This document shows positions 42,431-54,820 of a stretch of 64,000 nucleotides of DNA, piece by piece. Source of the DNA: Ignavibacteriota bacterium. Lineage in GTDB: Bacteria > Bacteroidota > Ignavibacteria > Palsa-1295. The stretch spans positions 362,918 to 426,917 of the forward strand of contig CAWBEI010000004.1 in NCBI GenBank assembly GCA_963787835.1, in the 5' to 3' direction. Made by a program: the position numbers and the translations under genes. The stretch's first letter is position 1. Each line of letters begins with the position of its first letter. The notes beneath the pieces are model-generated. The model was not told where the DNA came from. It saw only the letters and a program-made list of their open reading frames with translations, and did not search any database.

Positions 42431-42625
42431 ATGACAGGAATTCAATATGTAACGGACGAGACCGGAGTTCCGACCGCCGTTCTGCTCGATCTTAAAGAGT
42501 GGGGCGAACTGTGGGAGGATTTCTATGATGGTATCATCGCCGAGCAGCGTAAGCATGAGCCGCTCATTCCCTGGGAGGAAGTGAAAAAGCAGCTCGCTGA
42601 GCGGCAGCATGAACTATCAGATTAA
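42431..42625 (+). CDS. Putative antitoxin
   Basis: MTGIQYVTDETGVPTAVLL...IPWEEVK; acidic and overlaps the toxin start. Confidence 0.8.
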   Translation: MTGIQYVTDETGVPTAVLLDLKEWGELWEDFYDGIIAEQRKHEPLIPWEEVKKQLAERQHELSD

Positions 42626-42872
42626 ATTCCGCTCGTCGGCATTAAAGGAAATACTCTCACTTCCAGAAAAGATGTCGAGCCGGGGTCAGTCCGCCATCGA
42701 AGGACTTTCGGAAAATCCCCGGCCATTCGGTTATACAAAGCTCCACGGCTTTGCAAATTCATTCCGGATTCGAGTTGGTGATATTCGTGTGATCTACGCG
42801 ATCGAAGAGGAGATCAAGATCGTTGAAATTCGATCGATCGGGAATCGCAGAGAAATCTATCGCAAACGGTGA
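42609..42872 (+). CDS. RelE/ParE-family toxin
   Basis: LSENPRP.G..KL.G...FRIRVGDIRVIY.I...IGNRREIYR. Confidence 0.92.
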   Translation: MNYQIKFRSSALKEILSLPEKMSSRGQSAIEGLSENPRPFGYTKLHGFANSFRIRVGDIRVIYAIEEEIKIVEIRSIGNRREIYRKR

Positions 42873-42931
42873 GGGAAAACGGACGTGCGCAGCGGAGCCT
42901 GCCCTGAGCTTGTCGAAGGGTCCCTACGGTT
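42873..42931 (+). repeat. 59-bp direct repeat, right copy
   Basis: Starts immediately after the toxin stop codon. Confidence 0.92.
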
Positions 42932-42963
42932 GCCGGATTTTCAAAAAATAATTTTGGATTTCC

Positions 42964-42992
42964 TTGCATTTGGGTTTTGGGTGTTGTATATT
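42964..42992 (+). promoter_or_regulatory. Sigma70-like promoter (TTGCAT-N17-TATATT) with A/T-rich UP tract
   Basis: Sequence match only. Confidence 0.4.
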
Positions 42993-43125
42993 AGGAAGTG
43001 ATTTTAAGAGCACCAATTTCATCGAGAAACAAAAATGCATAAATTCATGAATAGTTGAGATGAGTTCATTAAATGACAATTCAATTGCGTTTAATGGGCA
43101 CCTGTTTCTGGGGGAAAGGAATTAG

Positions 43126-43244
43126 GTAAGAAGTAAGAGGTAAGAAGTAAGAGGTAAGAAGTAAGAGGTAAGAAGTAAGAGGTAAGAAGTAAGAAGTAAG
43201 AGGTAAGAAGTAAGAGGTAAGAAGTAAGAGGTAAGAAGTAAGAA
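43126..43244. repeat. Tandem heptamer array (GTAAGAR)17
   Basis: 17 units, mostly alternating GTAAGAA/GTAAGAG. Confidence 0.95.
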
Positions 43245-43958
43245 ATGAGGTAGAAGGAAATTTAAGAATAATTTGGTATTATGGAACGGGCGGGGGAGGG
43301 TAATGGTTAGAGGCGTCCCAACAATAGGGAAGGCTCGTAAAACTCTCGTAGAGCCGCCGGTTAGAAGGTGCAAAATCGTCCACGATCAGCAAACCACCCA
43401 CCGGAACAAGAAAAATCTTAAAAATCTCTTAATATAGCACGGAAGCGAGAACTTCCGATGCGAGAAGCGGGTTATACCCGCCCCTCGCAAAGAGGGATTT
43501 TGTCTGCTGTTTGAAAAAGCTCGTGGCTAATTCAATACGATCAGCAAAAACAAGTGTTCATTGAAATAGAAGGGCTACCCACAATTTGGTGGGTAGCAAA
43601 AGTCAGCATGATGAGCCCGCGCAGTGATGCGTGGGGGTTACTTGCGGATGGGAAGACATTCCCATCCCTGTAGCGGCCAGGTCGCAAACTAAAGTTTGCG
43701 CTACATGGTCTCATCAGCAGCAAGCAACCGTGAATTTAGACCCTCACCCAACCTCTCCCGCTTGCGGGCGATGAGCAGTGATGAAGGGTCGTGAGGTTCA
43801 CACACTTGCAATCTGGAACAACAAGCGTTTATTTATAGACGCCACGTTGTTCTGAGATTTCAGTATCAAACCTGAAATAGTACAGCGCAGATCGAAATCG
43901 GACGCACGTTCGGGATCGAGAAGCACCATTTTTTATAAATGGTAAAGTGAAAATATGT

Positions 43959-45457
<1,499 letters not shown>

Positions 45458-45706
45458 TGCTATGGATCCGCAGAGGATCCACGACCCGGTCTTACGATCG
45501 GTCGAATGTTTGGATAACGTCAAGGTTCTTCACGGGCCTGTTATCTAAATGCACAAACAATGGGCTATTATATAGTCCGGAACAGGCATCAGCAATGATG
45601 TTTAGTTCGAAGGTGAATCTCACTAACCGAATCGAATACGCTACGCGTATCGACATCATGTTGACCCTTCTGTTTTGATGGCGTTTTAAGACGAGTAATC
45701 GTCGGG

Positions 45707-45742
45707 AACCCTCATCGCTCTGCGATGAGGGTTTTTTTATTT
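45707..45742 (+). terminator. Rho-independent terminator closing the 16S transcript
   Basis: AACCCTCATCGC-TCT-GCGATGAGGGTT followed by a T-run. Confidence 0.88.
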
Positions 45743-45791
45743 TGATTTTAATTCGATAATTTCAGTTCTTCGTCCTAACTTCAATACAGAG

Positions 45792-46172
45792 ATGACATCT
45801 ACAAAAACCTACTTTCTCGCAATGGCTGCGTTTTGGTTCATTTTCGGGCTTATCACAACGTTCTTTCCGCCGCTGATGAATATGTTCCAATCTGAAGCGG
45901 GTATCAATGCGGTGACCGTGTATTCGAATCATGTCTGGCGGCACGATGGTTTCGATATTATTTCCATTAGCGTTTTGTTTTTTGCGCTTTCTCGTGAAAC
46001 GGTTACCCGTAATATGCTGCGTGCATCGGCAATAGTTGCATTGCTTGTAACAGTTGCCATTATTTCGTCACTCTTTACGACCAATTACTGGAGCCCCTTG
46101 TTCATAGTGCCGGGTATAAGCTGTTTTGCATTTTCTGTTTGGGGCTTTATGCTTGCCGCTAAGACGAGGTAA
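45792..46172 (+). CDS. Small 4-TM membrane protein
   Basis: 126 aa with four hydrophobic segments. Confidence 0.7.
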   Translation: MTSTKTYFLAMAAFWFIFGLITTFFPPLMNMFQSEAGINAVTVYSNHVWRHDGFDIISISVLFFALSRETVTRNMLRASAIVALLVTVAIISSLFTTNYWSPLFIVPGISCFAFSVWGFMLAAKTR

Positions 46173-46380
46173 GGCATACTTTTTTCAATGCGGTTTTGGG
46201 GATTGTTAAGCCAGAAAGCTGCCTTTTCAACCATTTCCTTTTTCACGAAAGTGTAACTGTTGGTATTTGGAAAGCGATGTAGGCGAAAATTTAGGGCAAA
46301 ATTTATGCCCTGAAATTCATGCAACCAATTGTCGGTTTCCTGGTTTGATTGTCATTCATAATCATTTTAGAATGGAACTT

Positions 46381-47720
46381 ATGAAAAACCGTCATCGTGC
46401 TCTTCAGATTTTTTTGATATTAAGCTTTTTTTTGATTGCAGGTAATGCTGCCGCGCAATCGATATCCATAGGTTCCATCAATGGATCGCAGTTTTGTGCG
46501 GGCGACACGATCTCCGTTTCTTTTACTGCAACGGGTTCTTGGGGTCAAGGTAATGCTTTTATTTTACAGTTATCCAATCCCTCGGGAAGCTTTTCAAACG
46601 GCTTCCAGAATATCGGCTCCCTTGTCGATACGTTGCCAGGCACATTTACGATCAATATTTCAACCGTGGGCGTCGACTTATCCACGCATTACCGCTTCAG
46701 GATTCTCGCTGCAAATCCACCTATGACCAGTACCGATAATGGCAGTGATATCACAATTGAGACCGGGCCGACTGTTTTTTTTAGATCCCCATTGCCGGCC
46801 GATTCTACAGGAACGCTGATAACATTTCCCGCATCCCTCGGTGATTGGCCAGCTGTCTCTGATTTGAACGATACTGCTTTCTGGGATTTTGGATCGGGAG
46901 CAACCCCTGCAAAAGCTATCACAACGTGTATCATCAGCGTAGATACTCAAGTCGATCTTAATCACAATGGCAGCTTTTTTGACTATTATGATACCACTTT
47001 AAGTTATTCACAGGCTGTCAAGTATTCGACTCCAGGCAAAAGACGGTAACGCTCACTGTTGTCAATTCTTGAGGATGTTCCACCACGGTAAAGTCCCAAC
47101 TCCAAATTTATGACTGTAGCATTCCGTCTATTCCTCATGATGCAATAGTTGTCACTTCGGATACGACAGTTTCTGCACAACCTTCAAAGCCCTATTGGGT
47201 CAACCCTGGGGGCACATTGAATTTTGGTGGTGGGGATACTATTTTTGCCGAACCTGGCTCAACGATTTCCGGACATCCCGAGGGTGATGTATTATATATG
47301 AAGCAAGGCTCTGCTTTGACTTCAAGTTCTGGAAGTAATATTGTGATCTTTAGTGACGGCGCAAGCATTAATAATCTCGCATCCAGTGATTTTACTCTAA
47401 ATTGCCCGACACTCGATTTCGATTATTCCAATGCTCCACCGAATCCTGCACATCCCACGTCAGGAGTTAAGAATGATCTGACCGAAGTTCCCATTACGGT
47501 TTCACCAAATCCTACAAACGGAATGCTCTCGGTTCAGGGATTGCCTTTAGATAATATCACGGTCTCCGTCTTTAACACACTCGGCGAAACGGTGATGGAG
47601 CAAAAGAATCCGCCCGTTCCCGATTTCACTATCGACCTCTCCAAGCTTGATCCTGGCGCGTATTATATCAGGTTCTCTTCAGCGAATTCGGTGGTGACGA
47701 AGAAGGTGGTGCGGGAATAA
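46381..47720 (+). pseudogene. T9SS type-A sorting domain protein with PKD-like segment; frameshift at ~47040 and in-frame TGA at 47070
   Basis: Signal peptide ending AAAQ; WDFGSGATP; C-terminal SPNPTNG...GAYYIRF...KKVVRE; the intervening frame reads TVTLTVVNS*GCSTT. Confidence 0.7.
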
Positions 47721-47984
47721 TGGGCTGTTCGCTGTGAACTCAGCATCGTGGTAACTGAGCACGATTTTGTTTGGGAAGTAGCGGCGAGGTTGAAAAGATC
47801 GAGGGAATAACTGAATCTCGGATATTGTTCCACTTTTCGCTTAGTTCACAATGATCCATTCGATGTTTTTCTTTATGCAACTGAGTATAAATTGAGTAGT
47901 AAAAATTGCAACTTACGAACATCGAATATGTTCCGAAATTGGCATTCTACTTCTTCTTGTAATGAGTATAACTTCAAATCGATC

Positions 47985-50606
47985 ATGAAACGCTTCAACA
48001 TCTCGTCAATTTCTTTTGTACTTCTTTTCCTTTCTGCAAACCTCGCCATTGCGCAGCCAACCATTTTAACGCGTATCCTCGCCCCCGCGAGGAATTATGA
48101 GGTCGCGTTAGGCGATACGGTTACTCCGATCGCGAGAGTTATAAACAACGGCCCGGTTCCCATCAACGAACTAACGATCTATTATCGCATTCAGAATCCG
48201 GTATCGGGAATAAGCCCATACTTCGATTCGATCATTCTGCCAAGCATTCCGCCTGGAGATACTATCGACGAAGCGTTCGCTGCGTACGTCACAAGCCCCG
48301 ATAGCATTCGTCAGCTTGGAATGTTCAATGGGACTCTTATCGCGCAGACTGATACCGTTTCTTCCCTGTTGTTCGGCTTACGCCGAGCCTCAGCCCCATT
48401 TTTCGATCCATCTGACAATTATGGGAAGACCAAGCCACATGAGCTAACTTCCTCTTCCATTGACGTTCCCGACCAAACACTTTGGGAATCAGTTGGCGCT
48501 ACGGTGGTCGATGGTGAGAGTTCGACATGGGACCCGCCACCCCCGCGTTATCCAGGTCGCGGAGTTGGCTCGGATGGCATGATCTCGCCGGTTCTGCGCC
48601 TCGACCGATCGGATTACAATGGAAATTTCTACGCTGGAACCGGCGTAGGGGATACGCTTACAAGTTTTCCGATAAATTTGGCTGGCGCCCCATCGGTTTA
48701 CTTCTACTTCGATTATATGCGGGCAGGACGACAACAATATCCTCTCGGTTGGGATGATAGTTCGATGTTCGGGCCAGAGAACACCATCCTAAATGTAAAT
48801 ACAGGTCAGGTCGTAAGAGCAGGGGATTCTCTCCTGCTCGAATTCAGAGATCCATCCCAGTCACCCCTGAATGTTTCTCCGAACGGTTGGAATGAAATTG
48901 CCGCCTTTGACGGTGGCCACGATTTTGAATTCAAGCGTTTTTCTGCACGAGGCGATTCAACCTCATGGCAGATCACCATGAACGGAGTTACCAAAACGCT
49001 GATGAATACTCCAAATTATTTGGATGCAAATTTCCGTTTTCGCTTCCGTCTCAAGGCAAACAACGACGCTCCGAAAACCCCGATTCCTGTTGACGATGCC
49101 GACCAATGGTACATCGACAATCCTCTCCTTGGGCTTCCTTTCGTTCCTGAGCATGAGCTGAGATGGGTTCGCGTCGTAAATCCTTATACGAAGGTGCCAG
49201 TGACACAGGCTGTGTTTCCGATATTCGTATCTCTGGGATCGATCGATTATCCGTGGGCAACGGGCGTGCCACTTCTCGCCGATATTATTGATCCCAAAGG
49301 CGATACGGTGTATTCGCAGACACTGAATATTTCATCGCAGAATCTGATTGATACCGTTATCCAATTTCCAAATTGGGATGCAACCGGTGAACGGGGCAGC
49401 GATACGGGGGCCTATACCATCATAGCTCAAATAGCTATTCCGAATTTCCAAAACTTCAACACCACCCAGACTTACACGAAATTCTATCTTCACACCGAAA
49501 CCAATCCTCAAGGTACGCAAGAATTCGCATTGGACGATGCCGGAATTGAGCCCGCGATCGGTGCTGGGAATGACATGCCAAAACTCACCGGTATTCGTGG
49601 CACAGGGATTGGTTTTCAGAATACCAGTGGAAGTTTTGCTATGAAGTTCCAATTAGTGCGGCCTGATACCTTCTATGGGGTGCGAGCGTATTTCGGCAGC
49701 GCGAATGCAGCGCCGGACTATATCCGCATTTCGCTGCTTCAGGGCGAACCCGGTTCGAATACGCCCGGCGATACGATCGAACAACCGGGATTTGCGAGTA
49801 CGATGCTTGCTCAACGTGGGCCTCTTTTCGATCAATTCAATTCCTATTATTACCCGAGGCCGATCCCTCTTAAGGCGGGAATGTATTGGGTATCGGTGAG
49901 CCAGCTCAGTGTGATCAGCATGGAACTTGGTGGGTGTATTGCTCGCGGAGGTGGAGAAGTTGTAGAGACGGATCCTTTTCTTATTTCTCCTGATATAAAT
50001 GTGATGTATGGCCAATCGGCACCGGGTTTGCCAAGTTATGGCACCCAATGGGGGGGCAGCCCCGATAATAACAACGGAGACGAAAGCGGTTCCTTCGCCG
50101 TTGAAGCCACGGCCGGAAGCGGCGGGTGGGCGCAACTTATGCCGGGCCAGGGTTGGTGGCCAACGATGACCGATGTCGGATTACCTTGGTCAGAAATTTT
50201 GCAGTTTCAACTCAATTTGCCAAATTCTTTCACTGGTGCAGGCACGTATGTACCGATGATTCGCCCTATCATCGATCCGCTTTCGCCGACGAGTTCTGTC
50301 AATGCAACCCAGGTACCACAATCCCTCACGCTTGAACCAAATTACCCGAACCCTTTTACACCATCGGCCACTTCTACGACGATCAATTTTACGCTTGTTG
50401 TGGAAAGCCAAACATTAATAACGATTAGCAATGTTTTGGGAAAAGTAGTAAAGACTCTGGTGAACGCGAATCTACAAGCTGGAACCTATCCTATTACATG
50501 GGATGGCAGGGATAAAAATGGTTCGATTGTTCCTGCCGGGATCTATCTGGTTTCCCTAACATCTGGTGGGCAGCATGCAACGGAGAAGGTGATCGCGACG
50601 GAATGA
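47985..50606 (+). CDS. Secreted protein with T9SS/FlgD-Ig C-terminal domain
   Basis: MKRF... signal peptide ending AIAQ; NYPNPF...WDGRDKNG..VPAGIYLV. Confidence 0.85.
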   Translation: MKRFNISSISFVLLFLSANLAIAQPTILTRILAPARNYEVALGDTVTPIARVINNGPVPINELTIYYRIQNPVSGISPYFDSIILPSIPPGDTIDEAFAAYVTSPDSIRQLGMFNGTLIAQTDTVSSLLFGLRRASAPFFDPSDNYGKTKPHELTSSSIDVPDQTLWESVGATVVDGESSTWDPPPPRYPGRGVGSDGMISPVLRLDRSDYNGNFYAGTGVGDTLTSFPINLAGAPSVYFYFDYMRAGRQQYPLGWDDSSMFGPENTILNVNTGQVVRAGDSLLLEFRDPSQSPLNVSPNGWNEIAAFDGGHDFEFKRFSARGDSTSWQITMNGVTKTLMNTPNYLDANFRFRFRLKANNDAPKTPIPVDDADQWYIDNPLLGLPFVPEHELRWVRVVNPYTKVPVTQAVFPIFVSLGSIDYPWATGVPLLADIIDPKGDTVYSQTLNISSQNLIDTVIQFPNWDATGERGSDTGAYTIIAQIAIPNFQNFNTTQTYTKFYLHTETNPQGTQEFALDDAGIEPAIGAGNDMPKLTGIRGTGIGFQNTSGSFAMKFQLVRPDTFYGVRAYFGSANAAPDYIRISLLQGEPGSNTPGDTIEQPGFASTMLAQRGPLFDQFNSYYYPRPIPLKAGMYWVSVSQLSVISMELGGCIARGGGEVVETDPFLISPDINVMYGQSAPGLPSYGTQWGGSPDNNNGDESGSFAVEATAGSGGWAQLMPGQGWWPTMTDVGLPWSEILQFQLNLPNSFTGAGTYVPMIRPIIDPLSPTSSVNATQVPQSLTLEPNYPNPFTPSATSTTINFTLVVESQTLITISNVLGKVVKTLVNANLQAGTYPITWDGRDKNGSIVPAGIYLVSLTSGGQHATEKVIATE

Positions 50607-51382
50607 CAGCGACACTCACCCTCGCCCCCATCGGCTATATCTCCACGCCATTCAAAAGCAAAGCAGAGGCGCCGCATCAGCCGGAGGGGGGAGTAGAGGG
50701 AACCATTACGCTGCTCGAAGGCCAGAATTTCGAGCAGGCGCTGGAAGATCTTGCCGGAATGGAGAAGATCTGGCTGCTTTACTGGTTCGACCGGAACCCA
50801 AATTGGAAACCGAAAGTGTTGGTGCCGCGCGGCCCACGGCAAAAGCGGGGAGTATTTGCAACGCGCTCACCCTATAGGCCGAATCCGATCGGGCTTTCGC
50901 TGGTCGATCTCATCAAAGTGCGTGGACTTACGCTTCGAGTTCGCAATGTCGATCTGCTCGATGGGACTCCGATCTTCGATATTAAGCCCTATCTGCCTCA
51001 AGTTGAAACACATCCCGATGCGTATTCCGGTTGGATCGAAGAAGTAACAACGCACGGTGAATATGTCGTAAACCATTCACCGCTTGCAACCTCGCAGCTC
51101 GAATTTTTGAAGCAGTTTAGTGTCGATCTAACGGATCGTATCGAACGGGTTCTTTCTCGTGACCCGACCCCTCATCCCTATAAGCGTATCGAGCGCAATG
51201 GAGATCACTACATTCAGGCAATCCGTGGATGGAGAGTTGTTTTTCGAGTTGTGGATACCACGGTGACTGTTGAAGAAATTAGAAGTGGTTATCCGAAAGA
51301 TACACTATTAGAACACGCGGATATTTTCGATATGGAAGCGCAAGCCGCCTTTCGGTTAGAGTTTAAGGAAGATCGGGAATGA
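50603..51382 (+). CDS. tsaA: tRNA m6t6A37 methyltransferase TrmO/TsaA
   Basis: PIGYI.TPF, GVFATRSPYRPNPIGLS, DLLDGTPIFDIKPY. Confidence 0.92.
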   Translation: MTATLTLAPIGYISTPFKSKAEAPHQPEGGVEGTITLLEGQNFEQALEDLAGMEKIWLLYWFDRNPNWKPKVLVPRGPRQKRGVFATRSPYRPNPIGLSLVDLIKVRGLTLRVRNVDLLDGTPIFDIKPYLPQVETHPDAYSGWIEEVTTHGEYVVNHSPLATSQLEFLKQFSVDLTDRIERVLSRDPTPHPYKRIERNGDHYIQAIRGWRVVFRVVDTTVTVEEIRSGYPKDTLLEHADIFDMEAQAAFRLEFKEDRE

Positions 51383-51391
51383 TAAAATACA

Positions 51392-53056
51392 TCAATAGCC
51401 CACGACTTTCCTGATAGATTTCCTCATGCAATACCAGAGAAATTGGAAAAATTCTTCTTTGCGATTTCGGGTATAACTGGTGGTTGCAGCGTACGCTTTT
51501 TTGTTTTTATCATCGACATTATTTGTTCGAATCACAAACGCATTTGCGATGACCGATTTAATGCCTTCGATAAGGCCACCTTTTTGTTTGGCATCGTCGG
51601 GTAAGATGTTAATGTGAAGATTGGAATAATGCGGGTCAACCGTGGTAACGCCTGTCCCAGATTTTACATGCACACGTAACTCGCCTGTGAGAAACTTCCC
51701 GTTTTGGACTTCTTTTCGTTCGTTGGTAATGAGATAAGAATTCAATGCTGAAAGATCGAACGGCCCCGCCGTCGCCTCGATCTGAAGATCGAGCTTTTTA
51801 TGATGGATCGGGTAGATCATGGTGGCCATGACTTTGGATTGCCCCATAAAGTATCCACTGGTGTTAATTTGCACCGGCTGATTAAAGAGGGAACTCGTTG
51901 TATCGGTGCAAAACGGACGCGCAACAGCGTGAACGTCCGTCAGTGTGATCAGGCTTGCTTTCATGCTTCCGGAATCACGCTCCGAATGTTTGATGAACCC
52001 CTTATTGAGTATGATCGAATCCACCGTGACCGGAAGCGTGATCGAACGGATGAGATCGTTTGGCATGATTGCATCCGGCGGGTGAGGATCGGGCGGTTTA
52101 CGGCGGTCGGCGTAATAATAGACGTACCAGGATGCCGCTTCGCACGATCGGATATCGAGCACGCCTTCCCGCATGAACTTCACGAAATTAATTCCTTCCA
52201 CACGCACACCGCTGCATCGAAGTTCCAATCTGCCACGAAGATATTTATTCTTGTCGGCGAACACTTGTTCGCTATAATTTGGAAGGTACGCAACGGTATC
52301 GATCGTTATCATGGAGTCCGCGAGACTGCCTCTGATACCACGAACTTCGATGGAGTACATGCTATCGTCAACCGGGTACTTGATAGCGGGAAGTTCGAAA
52401 TCAATGTGTTGTGAAAACAACGGTAGCTGCGGCAGCGAGCGCTTTAAGTCCAGCGAGAAATTAGTTAATTTAACGGAAATATTTCGATACGACGGCTTGA
52501 TCGCTTTTTCAGGCAGCTTGCGAAGGAATAAGTTAATATCCCTTAACACAATACTATCGAATGAAATGACGGGAAGAATTAAACCCTCTGTAAGGTTCGT
52601 CTTCGAAGTATCAAAGTTAACGTGATGGGGCAGTGCCGTGTCGGAGTCAATATCGATCACATATAGCTTTGGCTCGTTCAATTCCAGGCTTGCTAATTTT
52701 AAATCGTTGCCAGTCACGACATCCCACCATTGGATCCCATTAAATCGAGCGCTATCGATCACTAATCGTTCCAGCCCCATGCCATGTTCGCTGCTGTCGT
52801 AAGCCACGCGCGTAAGGATAAATTTATCACAGACGAGTGTGCCGTGTGCATAGGAGATCTTTCCGAGCGCAAGCGTAAACCTGCCATGTGTTGCCTGAAA
52901 AGCCGCTTGTTGGATTTTCGGGATCACGACTGAATTGAGGGTGCCTTCGAAATAATACGAAAGAAACACCCAGATCGCTATGGCCAAGAGCACCGCTACT
53001 GTGCCCAGTGTAAAGACGATTAGTTTTAGGATCGATCGTTTTTTCATCACAAGCAT
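51392..53056 (-). CDS. Membrane-anchored AsmA/DUF748-like protein
   Basis: N-terminal TM, beta-rich body, C-terminal FFQFLW...K.VG. Confidence 0.65.
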   Translation of the reverse strand: MLVMKKRSILKLIVFTLGTVAVLLAIAIWVFLSYYFEGTLNSVVIPKIQQAAFQATHGRFTLALGKISYAHGTLVCDKFILTRVAYDSSEHGMGLERLVIDSARFNGIQWWDVVTGNDLKLASLELNEPKLYVIDIDSDTALPHHVNFDTSKTNLTEGLILPVISFDSIVLRDINLFLRKLPEKAIKPSYRNISVKLTNFSLDLKRSLPQLPLFSQHIDFELPAIKYPVDDSMYSIEVRGIRGSLADSMITIDTVAYLPNYSEQVFADKNKYLRGRLELRCSGVRVEGINFVKFMREGVLDIRSCEAASWYVYYYADRRKPPDPHPPDAIMPNDLIRSITLPVTVDSIILNKGFIKHSERDSGSMKASLITLTDVHAVARPFCTDTTSSLFNQPVQINTSGYFMGQSKVMATMIYPIHHKKLDLQIEATAGPFDLSALNSYLITNERKEVQNGKFLTGELRVHVKSGTGVTTVDPHYSNLHINILPDDAKQKGGLIEGIKSVIANAFVIRTNNVDDKNKKAYAATTSYTRNRKEEFFQFLWYCMRKSIRKVVGY

Positions 53057-53106
53057 CTCTTACAACAAGGTTAGTATGGGGTGGTTTTGAATGGGATGCG
53101 AACATG

Positions 53107-53137
53107 AAAGCCCCGCCCGGAGCGGGCGGAGCTTTTT
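53107..53137. terminator. Intrinsic terminator hairpin downstream of the ompA-like gene
   Basis: AAAGCCCCGCCCG-GAG-CGGGCGGAGCTTTTT. Confidence 0.65.
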
Positions 53138-53199
53138 GCACCTTACCTCACTCTCATCGTCATCTCCTTATTCAAATAAGAGCAAGATAATCGTGTTCG

Positions 53200-54558
53200 T
53201 TATTGACAGGGCTGCACCACCTTAACGGCAATACGTCTATTCTGAACACGCTCTGCTTCAAGTTCCGCTGGCGAAACGTCTGTTCGTTCCACAACAGCCG
53301 GATTGCTTGTGCCGAATCCCCTGGTGGATGCGATCTTGTCTGGGCTGACTCCCTGTTCGATGAGCCAGGTTTTGATGCGGTCGGCTCGTAATTCGGACAG
53401 CCTCTGGTTATGCTCGGGCGTACCTTCCGCGCTCGCAAATCCCTGTATCTCTACTCGGAGATTTGGACACTGCTGAACCAAAGCCTTGATCTGATAGAGA
53501 TTGGTTAGATTATCAGGGATTGCGGTATTGAATCGATCGGTGTTTACGATAAAGAGCGTTCCCGGGAAATTGAAGATCGTATTGATCGGAGGATTTAAGT
53601 ACAATGTATCTTTAATACCACTGACAAATACCGTATCAACCCGCGACATCAGGAGGGTATCGGCGTGTGACAGAAAGACCGTATCCGCGTGTGTCAAGTA
53701 AACCGTATCGTTGTGAACAACCGTATTTTCCGTAGTATCGTGGAAGATATACGTGTGATCGTTCTCGATCGTGGTGGTAGCCGGCGCCGGTGGTGGTGCT
53801 TCAGGTGGCGTGAAAATGTAATAGCTGAACCCGAGACCGAATGTCAGATACACGTCCTGGGTGTTATTGCCATTTCCCACCGTCTGGGTTGCTCCATTAG
53901 CTATGGCATTAGCAGAGGCGGCCGCGCCGCTGGAATAATCGTCCAGCCAGTCCGTTCCGGTTAAATGTAAGAGTACTTGACCGTTGAATGCGACCTTCGG
54001 AGTAATGAACATATCGAACCCTACCCCCGCAACGCCGCCAATGACGTTCTTATTATAGTAGCCACTGCCGTTTCCCTCCAACGGGGATGGAACCGAATTA
54101 TCCGGTTCAAAATTAAGTGCCTCGATTCCGCCTAAGACGTAGGGAACGAAGGTCTGATCCGGGAAGAAATTCCCTTCGAACATGAGATCCCATCCTCCAT
54201 AGCGGATATGATTGAGCGTACCTGCTATCCCGGGGCTCCCCGGAACAGTAGATCCGGGCATACCGAATAACGCTTCCTCATCGTTAATGCTTGTTTGGGT
54301 GACTTTATACTGGATTACGCCGGCATTATAGGCCGCGCGCAGGGTTAGCCAATCCATGATATTCCATCGTAAGAACAAGTCTCCACCGAGGCCAAACCGA
54401 CTGTCCGAGAAGTTACCCCAATATTTATTGCCATTGGCATCGAATCCGAAATTCAAAGCCCCGGCAACCTCCTGAGCTTGTGCAGGATGGTTCAGTCCGA
54501 TGAGTGCGAGGAGATTTATTGCAAGTAGCACTATGCTTCGATCAATTAAATGTTTCAT
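53200..54558 (-). CDS. OmpA-family protein (beta-barrel, repeat linker, OmpA_C domain)
   Basis: Signal peptide; IQGFASAEG...NQRLSELRA...NRRI. Confidence 0.9.
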   Translation of the reverse strand: MKHLIDRSIVLLAINLLALIGLNHPAQAQEVAGALNFGFDANGNKYWGNFSDSRFGLGGDLFLRWNIMDWLTLRAAYNAGVIQYKVTQTSINDEEALFGMPGSTVPGSPGIAGTLNHIRYGGWDLMFEGNFFPDQTFVPYVLGGIEALNFEPDNSVPSPLEGNGSGYYNKNVIGGVAGVGFDMFITPKVAFNGQVLLHLTGTDWLDDYSSGAAASANAIANGATQTVGNGNNTQDVYLTFGLGFSYYIFTPPEAPPPAPATTTIENDHTYIFHDTTENTVVHNDTVYLTHADTVFLSHADTLLMSRVDTVFVSGIKDTLYLNPPINTIFNFPGTLFIVNTDRFNTAIPDNLTNLYQIKALVQQCPNLRVEIQGFASAEGTPEHNQRLSELRADRIKTWLIEQGVSPDKIASTRGFGTSNPAVVERTDVSPAELEAERVQNRRIAVKVVQPCQ

Positions 54559-54820
54559 AAATATATTGACGTTAAGTTGTGAAAAAAGCGCAACGTGCAA
54601 AGTGCAAAAATGCACGAAGGCTAAAGCATAACTTATTGAGTGCAATGATGCACGTCCGTAATGCATGATTGCTCATGCACATGGATTAGCTCACTAACGA
54701 TCCTTTCACAACAGGCTCGGGTGAAGGTAGAATAGACGACAAAGTAAATTCCGGTCCTTTCTGCTCTCACACGGTCTTCGTGTAAGGAAACTCAAGAAGC
54801 TATTTTCATGAAGAGAAGTC

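Noticed and set aside
43122-43373. LLTSY-repeat ORF
   Set aside because: Translation artefact of the heptamer array.
47070-47072. In-frame TGA as selenocysteine or an alternative genetic code
   Set aside because: Not a redox motif, adjacent to a frameshift, and TGA ends many intact genes here (for example obgE and relE).
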